Assembly: GCF_964204645.1 (NCBI RefSeq)
Contig: NC_134026.1
Coordinates: 21,362,150-21,426,149 of the forward strand
Direction of reading: 5' to 3'
From: Tubulanus polymorphus
Taxonomy: Eukaryota > Animalia > Nemertea
DNA length: 64,000 nt
Shown here piece after piece: positions 36,921 through 50,000 of the stretch (positions are counted from its first letter, which is position 1; every line of letters begins with the position of its first letter). Both the position numbers and the translations under genes were made by a program. Under the pieces are notes generated by a model. It saw only the letters and a list, made by a program, of their open reading frames with translations, was not told the DNA's origin and made no database searches.

Positions 36921-38859
36921 TGTCCCGATGAGATCGAAGCGGGTTGGACTGTATTAAGGGATATAGAATTATTCCTCATCTTTCGTAATGAAGGCGTGAA
37001 TTGATTGGTTTATTTTTTTGTAGCGCAGACGGGTGTTGTGCGTGGCTTTTGGTGCCTGACTGCCAGCATTGTATTAAACACAGACTGCACAAAATACTTC
37101 TCGATTGAAGGAAATTTATATACTATTTTGTGTACATTGAACAAGATTGTACTTTTGTATTTTGCCTTTATGTATGGCCTATGCATGTGTACATGTGCCA
37201 TGATTTGTATTGAATTGATTCAAGATTGTATTTACGTACATGTACATCAACCCACTACTTGAATTGAATGCTAATTCAGATTTGATTATTTCCATTCGTT
37301 TATTTGCCAGTGAATACCGGTAGATAGTCATTTAGACTGGTAGATAATTGTCTTTAGAACAAAAATGAGAATGGTTATTCAGTCTATATATCTTTCTAAT
37401 AAGGTAGGCCTAATGGTTTCTATCTTCAATTTTCCATCCATGACTTATAAATTCAAATTCCACACTTGTTTATAAGTCACCAGTAACTGTCAAAGTTATC
37501 TTCAAAGGTAGCTTTATGGTTAAAGGCTAATATAGAAGGGGCATTCAAATGATTTCTGCGCATGGCAAGAGCTGTACTTGTGTGGTGCCAAATTTTCTAG
37601 AATACTGCAGCGCTTACAAAATCAGTTGTGTTCACGCGAGATTCGGTGCTTAGTAAGCCCACTTTTAAGTTTGGTATACCGATTTGGGGAGTGTTTTCGA
37701 GATGACGTCTATCTTTGTTTTCTCGCATTTTTCTGATATTCTGTCCCTTGAATTGCCAATACGGTGTACACTTGACTGTGCTATTAAATTCATTGCAAAT
37801 GTCAGCAAAATACTTCCATCGCTGGGCATAACTGTCATTTTTGGTGGCTTCTTATGTTAAAAATGGCTGTTGAAAATCATCTGAAAAGTGCATGGATATA
37901 CAATCATTTTCTGCACTTGGGCTGATATTTCGTACTTGACTGAATAAGTCATGAATTGGCCTCAAGCAATTTAGGCGTGTGAACACTTACTACTGTACTG
38001 AAATCCTCGTGTGAACACCACTGTATTTATGGTGGTAGATGCAAACCTGACCAAATGACCACTGGTTCCAATAACACGCGCAGTTGTAATAATGCTTTTA
38101 AGTTTTAAGAGAATTAACTTTTTTTAAGCTCTCTAATTGCATGCGAATGTTTTATCAAAACTGGATCTGTATGATGTGAAGTTTGTGATATTATAGTTAT
38201 TCTAATGAACAGTGTTCATAATCTCAACAGTATTATAGATCTGACTATGGGAAAATATTATTATTCATAAATACAGTAGTTCAGCAGTACTAGTGGGTAT
38301 TGACTCAAATGATCATTCAGCCCAGTTTACCACCAAATGTTTGATATACAGTTGGGTCTGATTATGAGTACTTTTTGGAAAAACAATTGCACCTTAAGTT
38401 AATATGTTGATGAAAAAACATTTAAAAATGTGTAACTTGTCCGTAGATAACTGAACTATCCTTGGGTTCTTGGATGATCGATCATAGGAAATAACTGGCG
38501 ATACTGTCAACTTTGTGAATCGTGGTTAGTACATATGATGTACGCGTAGAGTGATAGATATGTTGTAAAGGACCAAATAATATTTGTGATAATATTCTTC
38601 GCTGTATGATGATGATTGGTGACAAACTGTTGATTGTTGAGGTGGATGTATATATTATAGTTGTAGTTACCTACTCGTATTGCTCAGTTAACAGTAGGCA
38701 GCTCATAGTTGATTCATGACAAAATTTGGTGACGACCCGTAAATATGATTTGATATGGGTCTCTCAAGCGACTGATCTATAAAACTGGCCCCTTTAATAC
38801 GATTAGTGCACCAGACAAAAAAAAACCGGACATTAAAAATGTTGCTATGTAACAGAGTA

Positions 38860-39180
38860 ACATCCTTGCTCGCCAAGACATCATTGCCTCCCGCCAACTA
38901 ACCGTGTCCGTAATTGGTCAATTACACCACCCAAGATTTCTTGGTGGACAGGTTGCCGCTCAGCGGCTACCAGTTAATATCTAGCTGATCAGATGCGTGG
39001 TATTGATAGAGCGAATCTGCCGGTGAAAAACAACGCATCTGTTTGGCTCGATACATAGACTAGTGGCCGCTGAGGGGCAACCAGTCTACTCACTCGAGAA
39101 ATCTTGAAGAAACTGCGACCAGGGTTTGCGTTCGCGTGAGCTTCGGAGGGAGGCATCCAAACCCTGGCAAGCGAGGATGT
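38860..39180. mobile_element. Nested foldback element (about 320 bp, largely palindromic)
   Basis: Outer ACATCCTTGCTCGCCA / TGGCAAGCGAGGATGT; middle TGCCTCCC / GGGAGGCA; inner ~65-bp arms spanning 38932-39106. Confidence 0.75.
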
Positions 39181-40404
39181 ATTATAACAAAGTGGTTGTT
39201 CATCCCAGGGAAGGCTATTGCCAAAGCGTTCATTTTCAATTACATGTATTTTGACTTTAAGTCAAATCTTACTCAGGAGAACTGTGTTACGACCGGTAAA
39301 TCCTGAGATACATGCAGTAGGGTTGGCGTTATTTGTCATTGCTCAATGGTTCTAAGGTTTTGTTTTCGAGTTTAGTGATATCTTGACTTAGAACGATTTG
39401 AGTGAAGAGTAATCTACTGTATTTGGCGTAGCAATGATTACGTAAAAATAAAATGAAGGCTAGTGAATCAACTTCTGCCTGTAAGTGCTTACTGTGATCA
39501 GATTTTCGACGCTTGCCATAATGCCTGAAACCAGAGGTATTGCTGGAAGTACTGGTCTGTTAATTTTCTTTCGCGCAGATAGTTGCGCCGATATCAGTCA
39601 CATCGTTGTTGCAGCTTTTTTAGCCCGCTTGGGACTAAAGTAAATATCTATCGTGGTTAATAATTTGTGTATAATCGAGTTCCTGCGGACATTATTGCAG
39701 TTTTACGGTTTCTTGTAGATGTGCCTATTGTAGAATGGGGTATGGGGTATCGACACTACATGTATATGGGAATAAGGCAGGGGCCTATTTATCCCCAGTA
39801 TTACTGGAAATACGATTTTCCTCATGTATGCATGAAAATAACATGAATTCCCGGGCGGGTTAAGATATAGCGAATCGTTTTTTTTCTCTTTTATCGATAT
39901 ATCATGTATCCATTACTGTTGTCAAATGGTGCTAATGTGAATGAAAGTTCGTAGCTGGTATTTGTTTTTTCTGAATACGACATGGTGGAGTGTTATTGAG
40001 AAAAATTGAAATGACGACAAAAAAAATCAGTGATATCACGTGAATCGTATAAGTCGGACCTCCGAGACGGAGGTATCGATAGCCGTTGTTAGGTATACTG
40101 TTTTTTATAATAGATATAATCGAATCGAATGGCAATAAGTTACGAGTACTTATTTTTGAATCATGTTCTATTTCCGAAGTTGAGAATCGTAAAATTTTGC
40201 AATGAAGCTGTTGTCGTTTTTTTTCTAAATCGTGGTTACTGAGCGGCGGTGATAGAAATGTTGTGATCGTTGTTATTGATATATATATAAAGTATACAGT
40301 TGTTGCGACGATGTTCATTTAAGAAATATTCGTTTTAAAACAGAACAAAATTTGATAACTCCCCCTCTCATCACTTTCTACTTACCCGGTATAGTAAAAT
40401 GTTA

Positions 40405-40680
40405 TGAAAATTTTGATTTTCAGTTTTATTTTGAGATTTCTATTTTCGATGAAGCGAACCCACTTTTTCATTGCTTATTCTACACACGACACTGATGTTA
40501 ACTCTTCACTAAAAAATGTATGTTCGAGTAAAAAAAAAACTGTTGCTGGCCTCAAAAAGTAAATGAAAATCGTGTTTTACTTAACGTTTTGTTTTGAGAT
40601 TCCATTTTTCTTTCTAAGTCGATCAACCTTTTTTGTTACTTATTACGACACAGATATTAATTCTTCACTCAAATTGTCTT
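40405..40680 (+). repeat. Old degenerate tandem duplication, about 160-bp period
   Basis: ATGAAAAT..GTTTT(A/G)TTTTGAGATT..CTTATT..ACGACAC(T/A)GAT(G/A)TTAA(C/T)TCTTCACT occurs twice in the same order. Confidence 0.6.
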
Positions 40681-43600
40681 ACTCCTATGTTTTGATCATT
40701 TGTTGACATTTCACGCGAGACCGAGATACTAGAAAAAGCAATTGTATATTATATTGTCGAAGATCTTTTTAATACGTATAGTTTTCGATGTACAGAGATG
40801 TTATAAGTGCTAACATTATGAAATGAGTTATGTTACTTTATGAATGTGTGTTGATTTATTTTTCTAGTCGAGAGATGTTCTCTTAATGAATGAAAAAACG
40901 TGTTTTTTTGTAACTTGTATAAAAATGTAAAGATAAATATATATATATATAAATATATAAAACCTCCTCTTTGTTAAGGGGAAAATACAAACAAGTTTAT
41001 ACGATTGTTGTATTCTTGTATAAATTGTAAATACTATGAATATCATGATGATGTTTTTCGCGTATATGAAATATGTTATTGTCAGTTGAGGAAATGAATG
41101 AATGAATTGCAATAAATATATATATATATTTTGTGACAGATTACATGCTATGTTTATGATCGTCAGATCGCTGGAGACCGTGTGAATTGTCTGAATCGAA
41201 AACATTCTCATCCACCAAATACTCGTTAGTTAATTTCCTATTAACTTTCATGTCGAATTATTCCCATTTGTGTGAAAACTCCTAATGAAAATGCCGAGGT
41301 ATTCCAGTCGGAAGCTGGTGCCAGTTCATCTTACCTAATTTTGTCAGTATGCAACTGCGAAGGTAACTTCCCTTGAAATCGAGTTAGTACCCAAACTCCC
41401 AGGACTCGAGTTACAACCGGCATCTCAAACCCATCCCCACCATCACTACGCCAACCTATGTACCAGCGGAATAATCAGCCTGTTGATTGAGGCTGGTTAG
41501 TCAAATGATTACTCCAAGCTAGGATGATGATGATGAAGGCGTCTATTTAATCATGTCTACAAAAGCTGGGAAATTGGTGTTCTCTGTGAACTTCAGCATC
41601 ATGGCATCATTTCTACTTCATCGGCATTATATCATTATGATATCCACGTTTACTGTGCAATACTCAGCTGGTATGATCCTTGGTTTTATAATCGCTCAAT
41701 CAACAACACTAGGGAATTAACATCATAAAATAGATGACTTGTTTATTGTTTCAAAATACGTATACAGCTACACATCTACTGAATAGTTATTGATTAACTA
41801 TGTAGGTTATCATTACAATAATGTCAGTAAAAATATCTATAAATAAAAATTTGAACTAAAATTTCAAATTGAAAATTCGAATTTTTCTACATGGCGTAAA
41901 ACAAACGAAGTTCGTACACAAAAACGACAACTGCATACACGACTCCCATGAAAGACTGACTTGCTGCTATCATAAAAACTCTTCAGTAGAGGGTTTAATG
42001 GTCGACTATCAAAACAGCGCGGACCCGATGATGAAAGGGACATTGAAATTCAACAAGTCTGAAAACCGTCATTAGACTTCGCATTGGGCCGTGATGATTC
42101 TTTCTGAAAATCAATGATTTCGAAAACACATATCGATTTCAGAACATGAAGATATTTCTTTAGTCATGTCATGATTGTGGCGGAGTGACATTCCTCCACA
42201 GGCAGTTTCACTAAAAAGGAGGCCTTCTTTCAAAGTGTTCACTATTGAAGAGATCAGGGAATCAATTTACTAAGATTTAGATAATGAGCAGGAGCCAGTC
42301 GAAGTTTGACAGTTCTGAGTTAAATTTAGCCCCTTTGGTTTATAATTTTCATTGAAAATGATTTTTGTTTAAACTGCAACTCCAATTAACAACCGCGATA
42401 CTGGATCAAGGAAGTAAAATAATCATCAGGGATGGTTAGAAGCGTCGAGTGTCACTCCAAACAAGCTATAAAATGGGAGGGGTGCATTCAGTGTGCGAGG
42501 CATTTGCAGCAATAGATTTTCGTGATCCAAATAGGAGTGCAAACTATCAAAATTGTTTCCAATCTTTCACGGTGTATCAATAAGCTGTGCTTATGTAAAA
42601 TTCCATAACAAACTTCAGGCGACCAAAAAATTTGGGGATAGTTGGTTATACATCCACAATACAAATTGCAAAGTACTTGGTATTACACGTATCGACTTGA
42701 GCTGCCTTTTTAGAAAAAAATACACGTTGAAAAATACATCAAGCGAGGTCGGGTCGAGCGAGGCACTACGTTCAATTGCACAAACACCATAATGATAACA
42801 TCCGATTATCTTTTATATAAATCTGAAAAATTTCTCATCGATATATAGGGCGTAGTTGTCTAGGAAACAAAGCTATACTGATTTTTACTCGTTATATAAT
42901 AGAACCTTAGATGAGAAAATTTCATTCCAGTAGTATACGCGTGTGACTGAAAAATGTATTAGTCAGAAAATAGTTGAATATGTTGTTTGGCACTGCATGC
43001 GACAATACTATATTTGCTAATGCACGGCTAGTGTAAAGAGTCAATTGTATGAATTGATTAGACAAACAGCACATGGCAAAAACCTCTATTACAGGATTCC
43101 TGCGGTAACCACGGCGATATTTATCCAATTCAACTGTTACTGAGAGCGTTTCAACGCTGAACGAGCGTTAAACATAAAATCGTCAACCATGTTTGAAATC
43201 GCACGTTACAGTTTATATATGCGCATGCATGTCGATTCAATGTTAGGCATAAAATTGCTATTATCGTAACAATAAATATGTTAGTAGTATATACGATACA
43301 ATCCATTATACGATTATTATCATAATGTCAAAATACAATCTCAAGCTTGAGTCGATTGATCAATTCAAAAAAGCATCGATTTTGTTCCAAGTAGCCGGAG
43401 ATTGCTGCCATTCACAGCACTTCAAAAAGTACGAAGAAGTTAATTCACGTTATGGGGCAATTTTAAGAGCGGCGTTTACACAAGGATTTCAGTACAGTAT
43501 TAAACGTTCACATCATTAAATTATCGAGGCCTATTCGTGGCTTATTTCGTTCATTATCAAAAACATCGGGCTTAGAAAGCACAGAAAGTGAATTAGATAT

Positions 43601-43959
43601 CGGTATGGTGCTGAAATGGTTGCATATTTTCTGTAATGTAGACACAAGACTTGGTGCTTAGCAAGCTGCGCCAGTAGTGCGCTTTACTCAACCACGGGGA
43701 TGATTGTAGTTCATTCATGCGCTTCAAACAATTTAATAGTTTTTGACTTCAGTTTTTAACACAAGAAGCCACTGAAAAGAACCAAGACATAACATAGGCA
43801 GTTGTAGTCGCATTATTCGAGGCTTAAACTTTCTTACAAAATACAGAATTTAATTGTAGTTTAACACCCAATTTGCAATTCAGACCATCATTCGCAAGGC
43901 AAGAAAATACAAGAAAAAGAAGATAGCATGGTAATCAAATCTTGAAGGACACTCTCCAC

Positions 43960-44095
43960 ATTGGCATAACAATTTTAGCGGGCTTTCTAAGCGCCAAGTT
44001 ATGTACCAATGCCGACTTATTATGCGCAGTATTTTGGCAAATTCAGCACCACACAAGTACACATCTTCCTAAGCCCAGAATCTTTGTGTGAACGC
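43960..44095 (-). repeat. Dispersed repeat; copies at ~37541-37670 (+) and ~43565-43680 (+)
   Basis: Shared TGTACTTGTGTGGTGC..AATTT..AATACTGC and G(C/T)GCTTAG(A/T)AAGCCC blocks. Confidence 0.55.
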
Positions 44096-44689
44096 TGCCA
44101 CAGACCAGATTTTACTTTACGCTCAATACCTGTTTGGCTGTTAGTAGAGCTATAACATAATCAGCCATTATTCAGAATTGGCCGATAGAGTGCTGAGGGT
44201 GTTAACAAATACCTGGTAGTAATAGATTTAGCTAACCATGAAGTCAGCGAGAAAAAAACTGGTCTATACAGCCAGCCCATTGAGTTACAATTGCTAAAAT
44301 AATTCGCTAATAGATGTAAACAGGCTGTCCATTCGCTCGAATTAGAAAACCACTTTTTTCATAAATCATCATTCCATACTAGAAACAATGAGTAAATTAT
44401 GATTACAATTTTTGGTTTTCTTTTTTTACAATGCGAACACGTTAAATGTGTCTATATACAGAGACAAACCAATAATAATAGCTATTACGGAAAAACAAAT
44501 AATCAACTCAATATTAACAATATATACAAATAGTGCTCATACCTAAACTACATTAACACATGCATTTTGAGCCTTATTTCAGTACGCAAGGAACTGAACT
44601 GTGCCATTACTTTAACCCCTTTACAGCTATTTCCAAGCGAGCTCGACCATCAGTTGTATACAAGATAAGTTAGGAATCGCGAAAATGGC

Positions 44690-44753
44690 TTTGTTTTGTC
44701 CGAGTAAGTCCAAAGTCCGAGTTGGGCATGTCCGAATAAGGCGAGGTTTACTG
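44690..44753 (-). mobile_element. Tc1/pogo-like MITE end, same family as 32203-32342
   Basis: GTCCGAGTTGGGCATGTCCGAATAAGGCGAGGTTTACTG|TA. Confidence 0.55.
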
Positions 44754-45667
44754 TAAAGTAGATCAAACACTCCACGATAACAGGGGTTGGTGCCACAGTA
44801 GATCATATTCATTTAGTAATCTGTCGAACTCGGTCAGTACTAGCACAGGCTTATTGATGTATGGTCAATTGATACAATCGATTATCAAAACCCATCCAGA
44901 TAATGATATTCTACATAAGACGATAGTTTATAGACAATGCCTTGACCTGACCAATTGATAAAGGATGTAGATACTTCTAGGTTTACGCAATTGATGTCAT
45001 TATCAGCGTAGACAATACGCATTTTATTCTTACTTCCAAGAATGTTTCAAACTCTACAGCGTATCTAGACATAGCTCTAGTGCAAATACTAAGATTAGTC
45101 TATCACCGTTATCCATTTCGAACGCGAATATCTATAAACTCGACCATTTTCAGACCAAAAATAGCAAACGTACATTAAAAATTCACACAAATCGGCTTAA
45201 ATACCTTAAACTTATACCATATCAACCAGATTCAAATACACTTTAAATAGTCCTACATTGATGACAATAATGACACATAATTTTTATTTCATGTATATAT
45301 ATAGATATATATCAGTATTTGTTTCCATGTCATGTAATATTTATTATCATTAATCATCTAGAGCAATTGGTATAAACGAGCTACCACCGTATGAAACGTG
45401 AAATGATCGAATCAAACGGCGACAGAATTTTATGTTTTATTTGATGTGTATCATTCGTACGTGACCTCATATCTACACTATAGACAATAGTTGCATTACA
45501 GGTCAGTATCAGATCGCAAAAAGGAACACAAAGGAACCAAAGTAACTCAGTTGAAGTAGCTCAGTTGACGCGTCTAAATTATGTATTAACAAAGAAAGAG
45601 CCACTTGTTACACGTCCGATCTTTCTTATGGATGACATATTTACATGAATTTGTTCTTTGAAATGTT

Positions 45668-45985
45668 CATGGTTCCCACGGTTTCATGGATTAAAAAGTT
45701 TTTCCCAAGTGTTTAATGGGAAGTTTTTAAATTTTCCCTAATGGAAATTGGGCCTTCGTTAAAGTGAACAGATATCATCATGCGGTCAACATTTCAGTGG
45801 TGACTGGTTGATAAAGGTGACTTTCAAGAGAAATTACCGAAGAAAGATGCCCTCGGCAAATGCAATACTGAAATGTAAATGAATTTCCCAAATATTTCCG
45901 TGATTTGAAGAAAATGACTCAAATTCCCAAATATTTCCCAAAATTCTCAAGTTTTTCCCAATTTCCCTGTACTGTGGGAACCATG
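45668..45985. mobile_element. hAT-like MITE with 6-bp TSD in probable FLOT2 3' UTR
   Basis: Perfect 12-bp TIR CATGGTTCCCAC / GTGGGAACCATG; AATGTT on both flanks; TTCCCAAATATTTCC subrepeats. Confidence 0.85.
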
Positions 45986-46696
45986 AATGTTAAGTTTTGA
46001 AATTACCTATATTGTAATGCGTGTGCAATGACGATGACATCTGCCGAAATAACTAGCAATATATATTAACTCATGTTGTTTTTGTTCCCATACATGGAAT
46101 CAATTCATTAAATTACTTCGAATTTGATTTTTTTTTCTAGAAAAGTTTCAATTCAACGGGACCCCCGGTACAAAACTATTCAAGCCCGAGTTGAATCTAC
46201 AGAACTTCTCCCTACGCGTTACCAATTGAGTATTCGATTGGAAAATTCTACTTTTGAAGCAGAGTTGAGCGCAAAATAAAATGTGACTAGGTTTACAAAC
46301 GAAAAAGAGCAGCTGAACACGGAAAATCCTTACTTATTATGCCAGTCATTTAAACATGTTGCTCTACCATTTGTGAACATCACTTGGAACAACAATTTTG
46401 TGGTTGTGGAAAAATAGCTTCGAATGCAAGAAACTCTTTCTGCAGTTGTGAATCAAATTTGGTGGGTTTTTTTGTTTCACTTGGTAGATTTTCTTACCCT
46501 TCCGAGTATGACCAAGTATAAATAAACAAGTGCATAAACCACTTGATGAACTTGTGATTGAATAGGGAGTCCAGTCAGTAGTGCAAAATCATCTCAAATC
46601 TTGGGACTCGCCTTAGAATGTTAAATTTGGCCATAAAACCAAAATGAACTAAGACTGGTCTTAAATCTAAGTATTGACTGCCCGACAAATGCCCTG

Positions 46697-46804
46697 GGCC
46701 CGGTTCCACAGTTGTGAATTAGAGTTAACTCTGAGTAAAGATCAGTTCATTTTCAAAGTTTTAACTCTAGGGTTAAATTTAACCCAGAACTGTGGAACTG
46801 GATC
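46697..46804. mobile_element. GGNCCAGTT-TIR MITE with CTG target duplication
   Basis: CTG|GGCCCGGTTCCACAGTT...AACTGTGGAACTGGATC|CTG; further decayed relative at ~42292-42407. Confidence 0.75.
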
Positions 46805-47098
46805 CTGGTCGTCCAGTAATCTAAAGGTTAATCCACAACTGTGTAACGTTAAGTTATTTATTTAGACATCAAGACTAAAGACTATTAGAGACTAGTCTGT
46901 AATACCTGAATTTCTTTTGTCACATTGATGCTAAGTAAGGATACTGAATATATCGTTTTGCATGCAAGCCATGCAGACAGGATAGGAACAACGATAACAT
47001 GAATACAAACTACTACCGATAACAGAAGTTTCAACTTTTTTTTGACCTGATAAAAAATTCTTGTTTTTTTTTTTGCGTGATTACTTCGTTCTCTTTTC

Positions 47099-50000
47099 TT
47101 ATGCAACAGCTCCGGGGATCTTCGAAAGAACCTACGAATGCACAAAACAAAAAGACGGGTTATTCAAAATGAGTAAGGACTACTTCAATAAATACCTCCC
47201 CCACTTTTTATCTTATATTATAGATAGAAACCGGTAATAAATCAACATCAATGTTGACCCGTCCAAAAAGACGGTCGCTTCAATGAAACGACGATGAACA
47301 TCAGGGATTATCGTGTTATTCTCCAGCTACTAACAACTCACCTTTGATAAATCCACACCAGTCAACGCCTGCACGGTCGGTGGTAGTGAACTGATTAATT
47401 TGCTGACCTCCGCCGATGTTCGATCGTCACCGATCATTACTATTTGATCGGTCTTTGCCAGTGGAGCGGCGACTTCAGCTGCCACCTGAAAAATTACCGG
47501 CGCGTGAAACGCTGAGTTAAAAGGCGCGGCTAACGGCATTGTAAACAAACAGAAATGACTTAAAATGCAGCAGCGCATATTACCCTCGGGAGTTTGACTT
47601 ATTACATAATGAATAGGGAGCCACGGGCCATATAAACGGTCAACAGTTATGGAGTACAGGTGATTCTTTGAAGATGGCCGCGCGGTTTAGTCCAGCCCCT
47701 AAATCAATTAAGCGGCTCACACAACAGACGGAGGACCTTATCGAGTTGGTCAGTAAAAGTTCAAGGCGCACGAGAAAGTCTCGAAGATAATTATCGGCGA
47801 CTGACCTTAGGTAGTGTGTCGAGTACGAGATTCAATACGGCTGCTTCTCCGTATTGTTTATATGCGGCTGCCTTTAATCTCATACGTTCGGCCTCCGCTT
47901 TACCGACTGCTTCGATAGCGCCCGCTTCCGACTGTCCGATCAGTTTGATTTTCTCCGACTCGGCGCGAGCTGTTTCGACTGTTTGAGTGCTGGAAAATGA
48001 CGATCGCAAATTCATCAAAATCGTCTACTATTTAGAGGCGAATGCAAATCTAGCCTTACAAAAATATCATTCAATTACCAATTGAGTATCATCCCACGCT
48101 ATCAGTCAATTTATAAAACCACGGAAGAATCCCAACAATTAAAACTTCATGATTGAATAATAGCTGTACTGTCACATGATTTGACCTGTGTAAATCTTGC
48201 TGTACTCATATTCAAATAATTTGTTTAATTCTACTGTAGGCTTGACTTAAAAACCCCTTGAGCATAAAACCCATTGAAGCCCAATCGAGCATAGCAAAAT
48301 TCATGGTACAATTTTGGAATAAATTTGATGTCATTTTTCATCTTATGGTACAATTTTGGAATAAATTTGATGTCATTTTTCATCTATCGAAAACTACGAC
48401 TTCAAACATTCGACGAAGGACCAACATTGGTCATGTGTCATAGATGCCAATTACTGATAACTGATTTTTCAAAATTTTCTGATTCTTCTATGGTTTTTGA
48501 AAGAGGATACGGAGGGTTCGAAAGACTTTCGAACCGTCCTCCGAAACCGGTTTACCATCATCGAATTTCATATAGAAACGAACACGTCAAAACTCACCGT
48601 TTACCCTCGGCTATTTGTTGCACTTTGTAAGCCTCCGCCTCGGCGGGACGTTTCACCGTACCGATCAGCTCTTTTTCCTTACGTAGGATTTCTTTCTCTT
48701 CGATTTCAATCTGTTTTTTACGTTCAACGACCTCGATTTCGATTTCCTCACTACGGATTTTTTGTCGTTCTTTCGCTGCCTGCAGTTCGTACGCCAATTC
48801 AGCCTCGGCTTTCTGAAGAACAATACGATGAATGATCTGATAATTTTCAGAAATTTTCTAGTCAAAGTAATCAACAATTCGAGATTTAAACATCAGGATT
48901 AGATTAGGTTTTGCTCATGGATTGTCTATTGTAGCTGCAACCATTTCTAATCTGTTATACCAATTCCAATTCCAATTCAAATTCAAATCTTCTCGGGTTT
49001 TAAAGGGCATCCACTGGAAATTTACCAGAATTTATGTACCTTTGCATTAACTTCCATATCAAATTCAGATTTCTTCATTTGGTAATCTTTGACAGAGTCG
49101 GCTATTTTAGTATCGGCGGAATATTTCACATCCATCTTTGCTTTTTCACATTCTGCTTCCTACAATAAGAGAAGATACTTCAGATGCAACAGTTCTTTCA
49201 CAAAAATTTTTTCAGGCATTTTAAGCAATACTTTAGGCATTGTCTTTTTTGATAATGGGATTGATTGAACCACAGGTGATTGGTGGTGCAGATTTTATTT
49301 TGGATACTTAGGTAATATAACCGTGGTATACATTTTTAGATTGACAACTAATACTGAACTTTAAGTAACAAATTTGATTTACGTAATAAAATCGACGTAT
49401 ACACGAATGAGCTTCTTTTTCTTTTGATGTTGAAATGGGGATGATTTCCTTAGTTATTCATTTCATAGAGTGATTTGGTTTGGATTGATACTTATTTGGC
49501 GTGACCCATAACTAACCCATTGCACAAAGATACCGAAACATGAACAAAACATGGGGCAACTTTTTAACCCAGTTAACTCAACTATGGGTCAGTCATATTA
49601 CACTGTCATGAAACCTACCCGAATTCCAGCATCTCGGTTGGCTTCAGCGACGCCGATGTCGGCGTCACGTTTAACGACGGCGGTTTGCGCGCGACCGAGC
49701 GACGATAGGTACTCGACATCGTCGTAGACATCTTTGATCGTAAAACTGAGAATTTCGATGCCCATTCTGCCGACGTCAGGCGACGCAACTTCTCTGACGA
49801 GCTGAGCGAATTTATCTCGATCTTGATACACATCTTCTACTGTTAACGTACCTTTAAAAATACATTTCGTTATTAATAGTTAATCTACTTCCATGAATTA
49901 AGGGTTATTCCAGGCCAGGTTTTATAGACTGGTATTAACTTTAACTCAGGGGCTAACTCTTGAAACTCTTAGGACCGGTTTTAAAGACTGGTATTAGAAT

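Noticed and set aside
46905-47047. Possible extra FLOT2 exon encoding a hydrophobic tail (VKKKLKLLLSVVVCIHV...)
   Set aside because: The true terminal exon (VLSKIPGAVA*) with a strong acceptor lies just upstream; T-rich UTR sequence translates as hydrophobic by chance.
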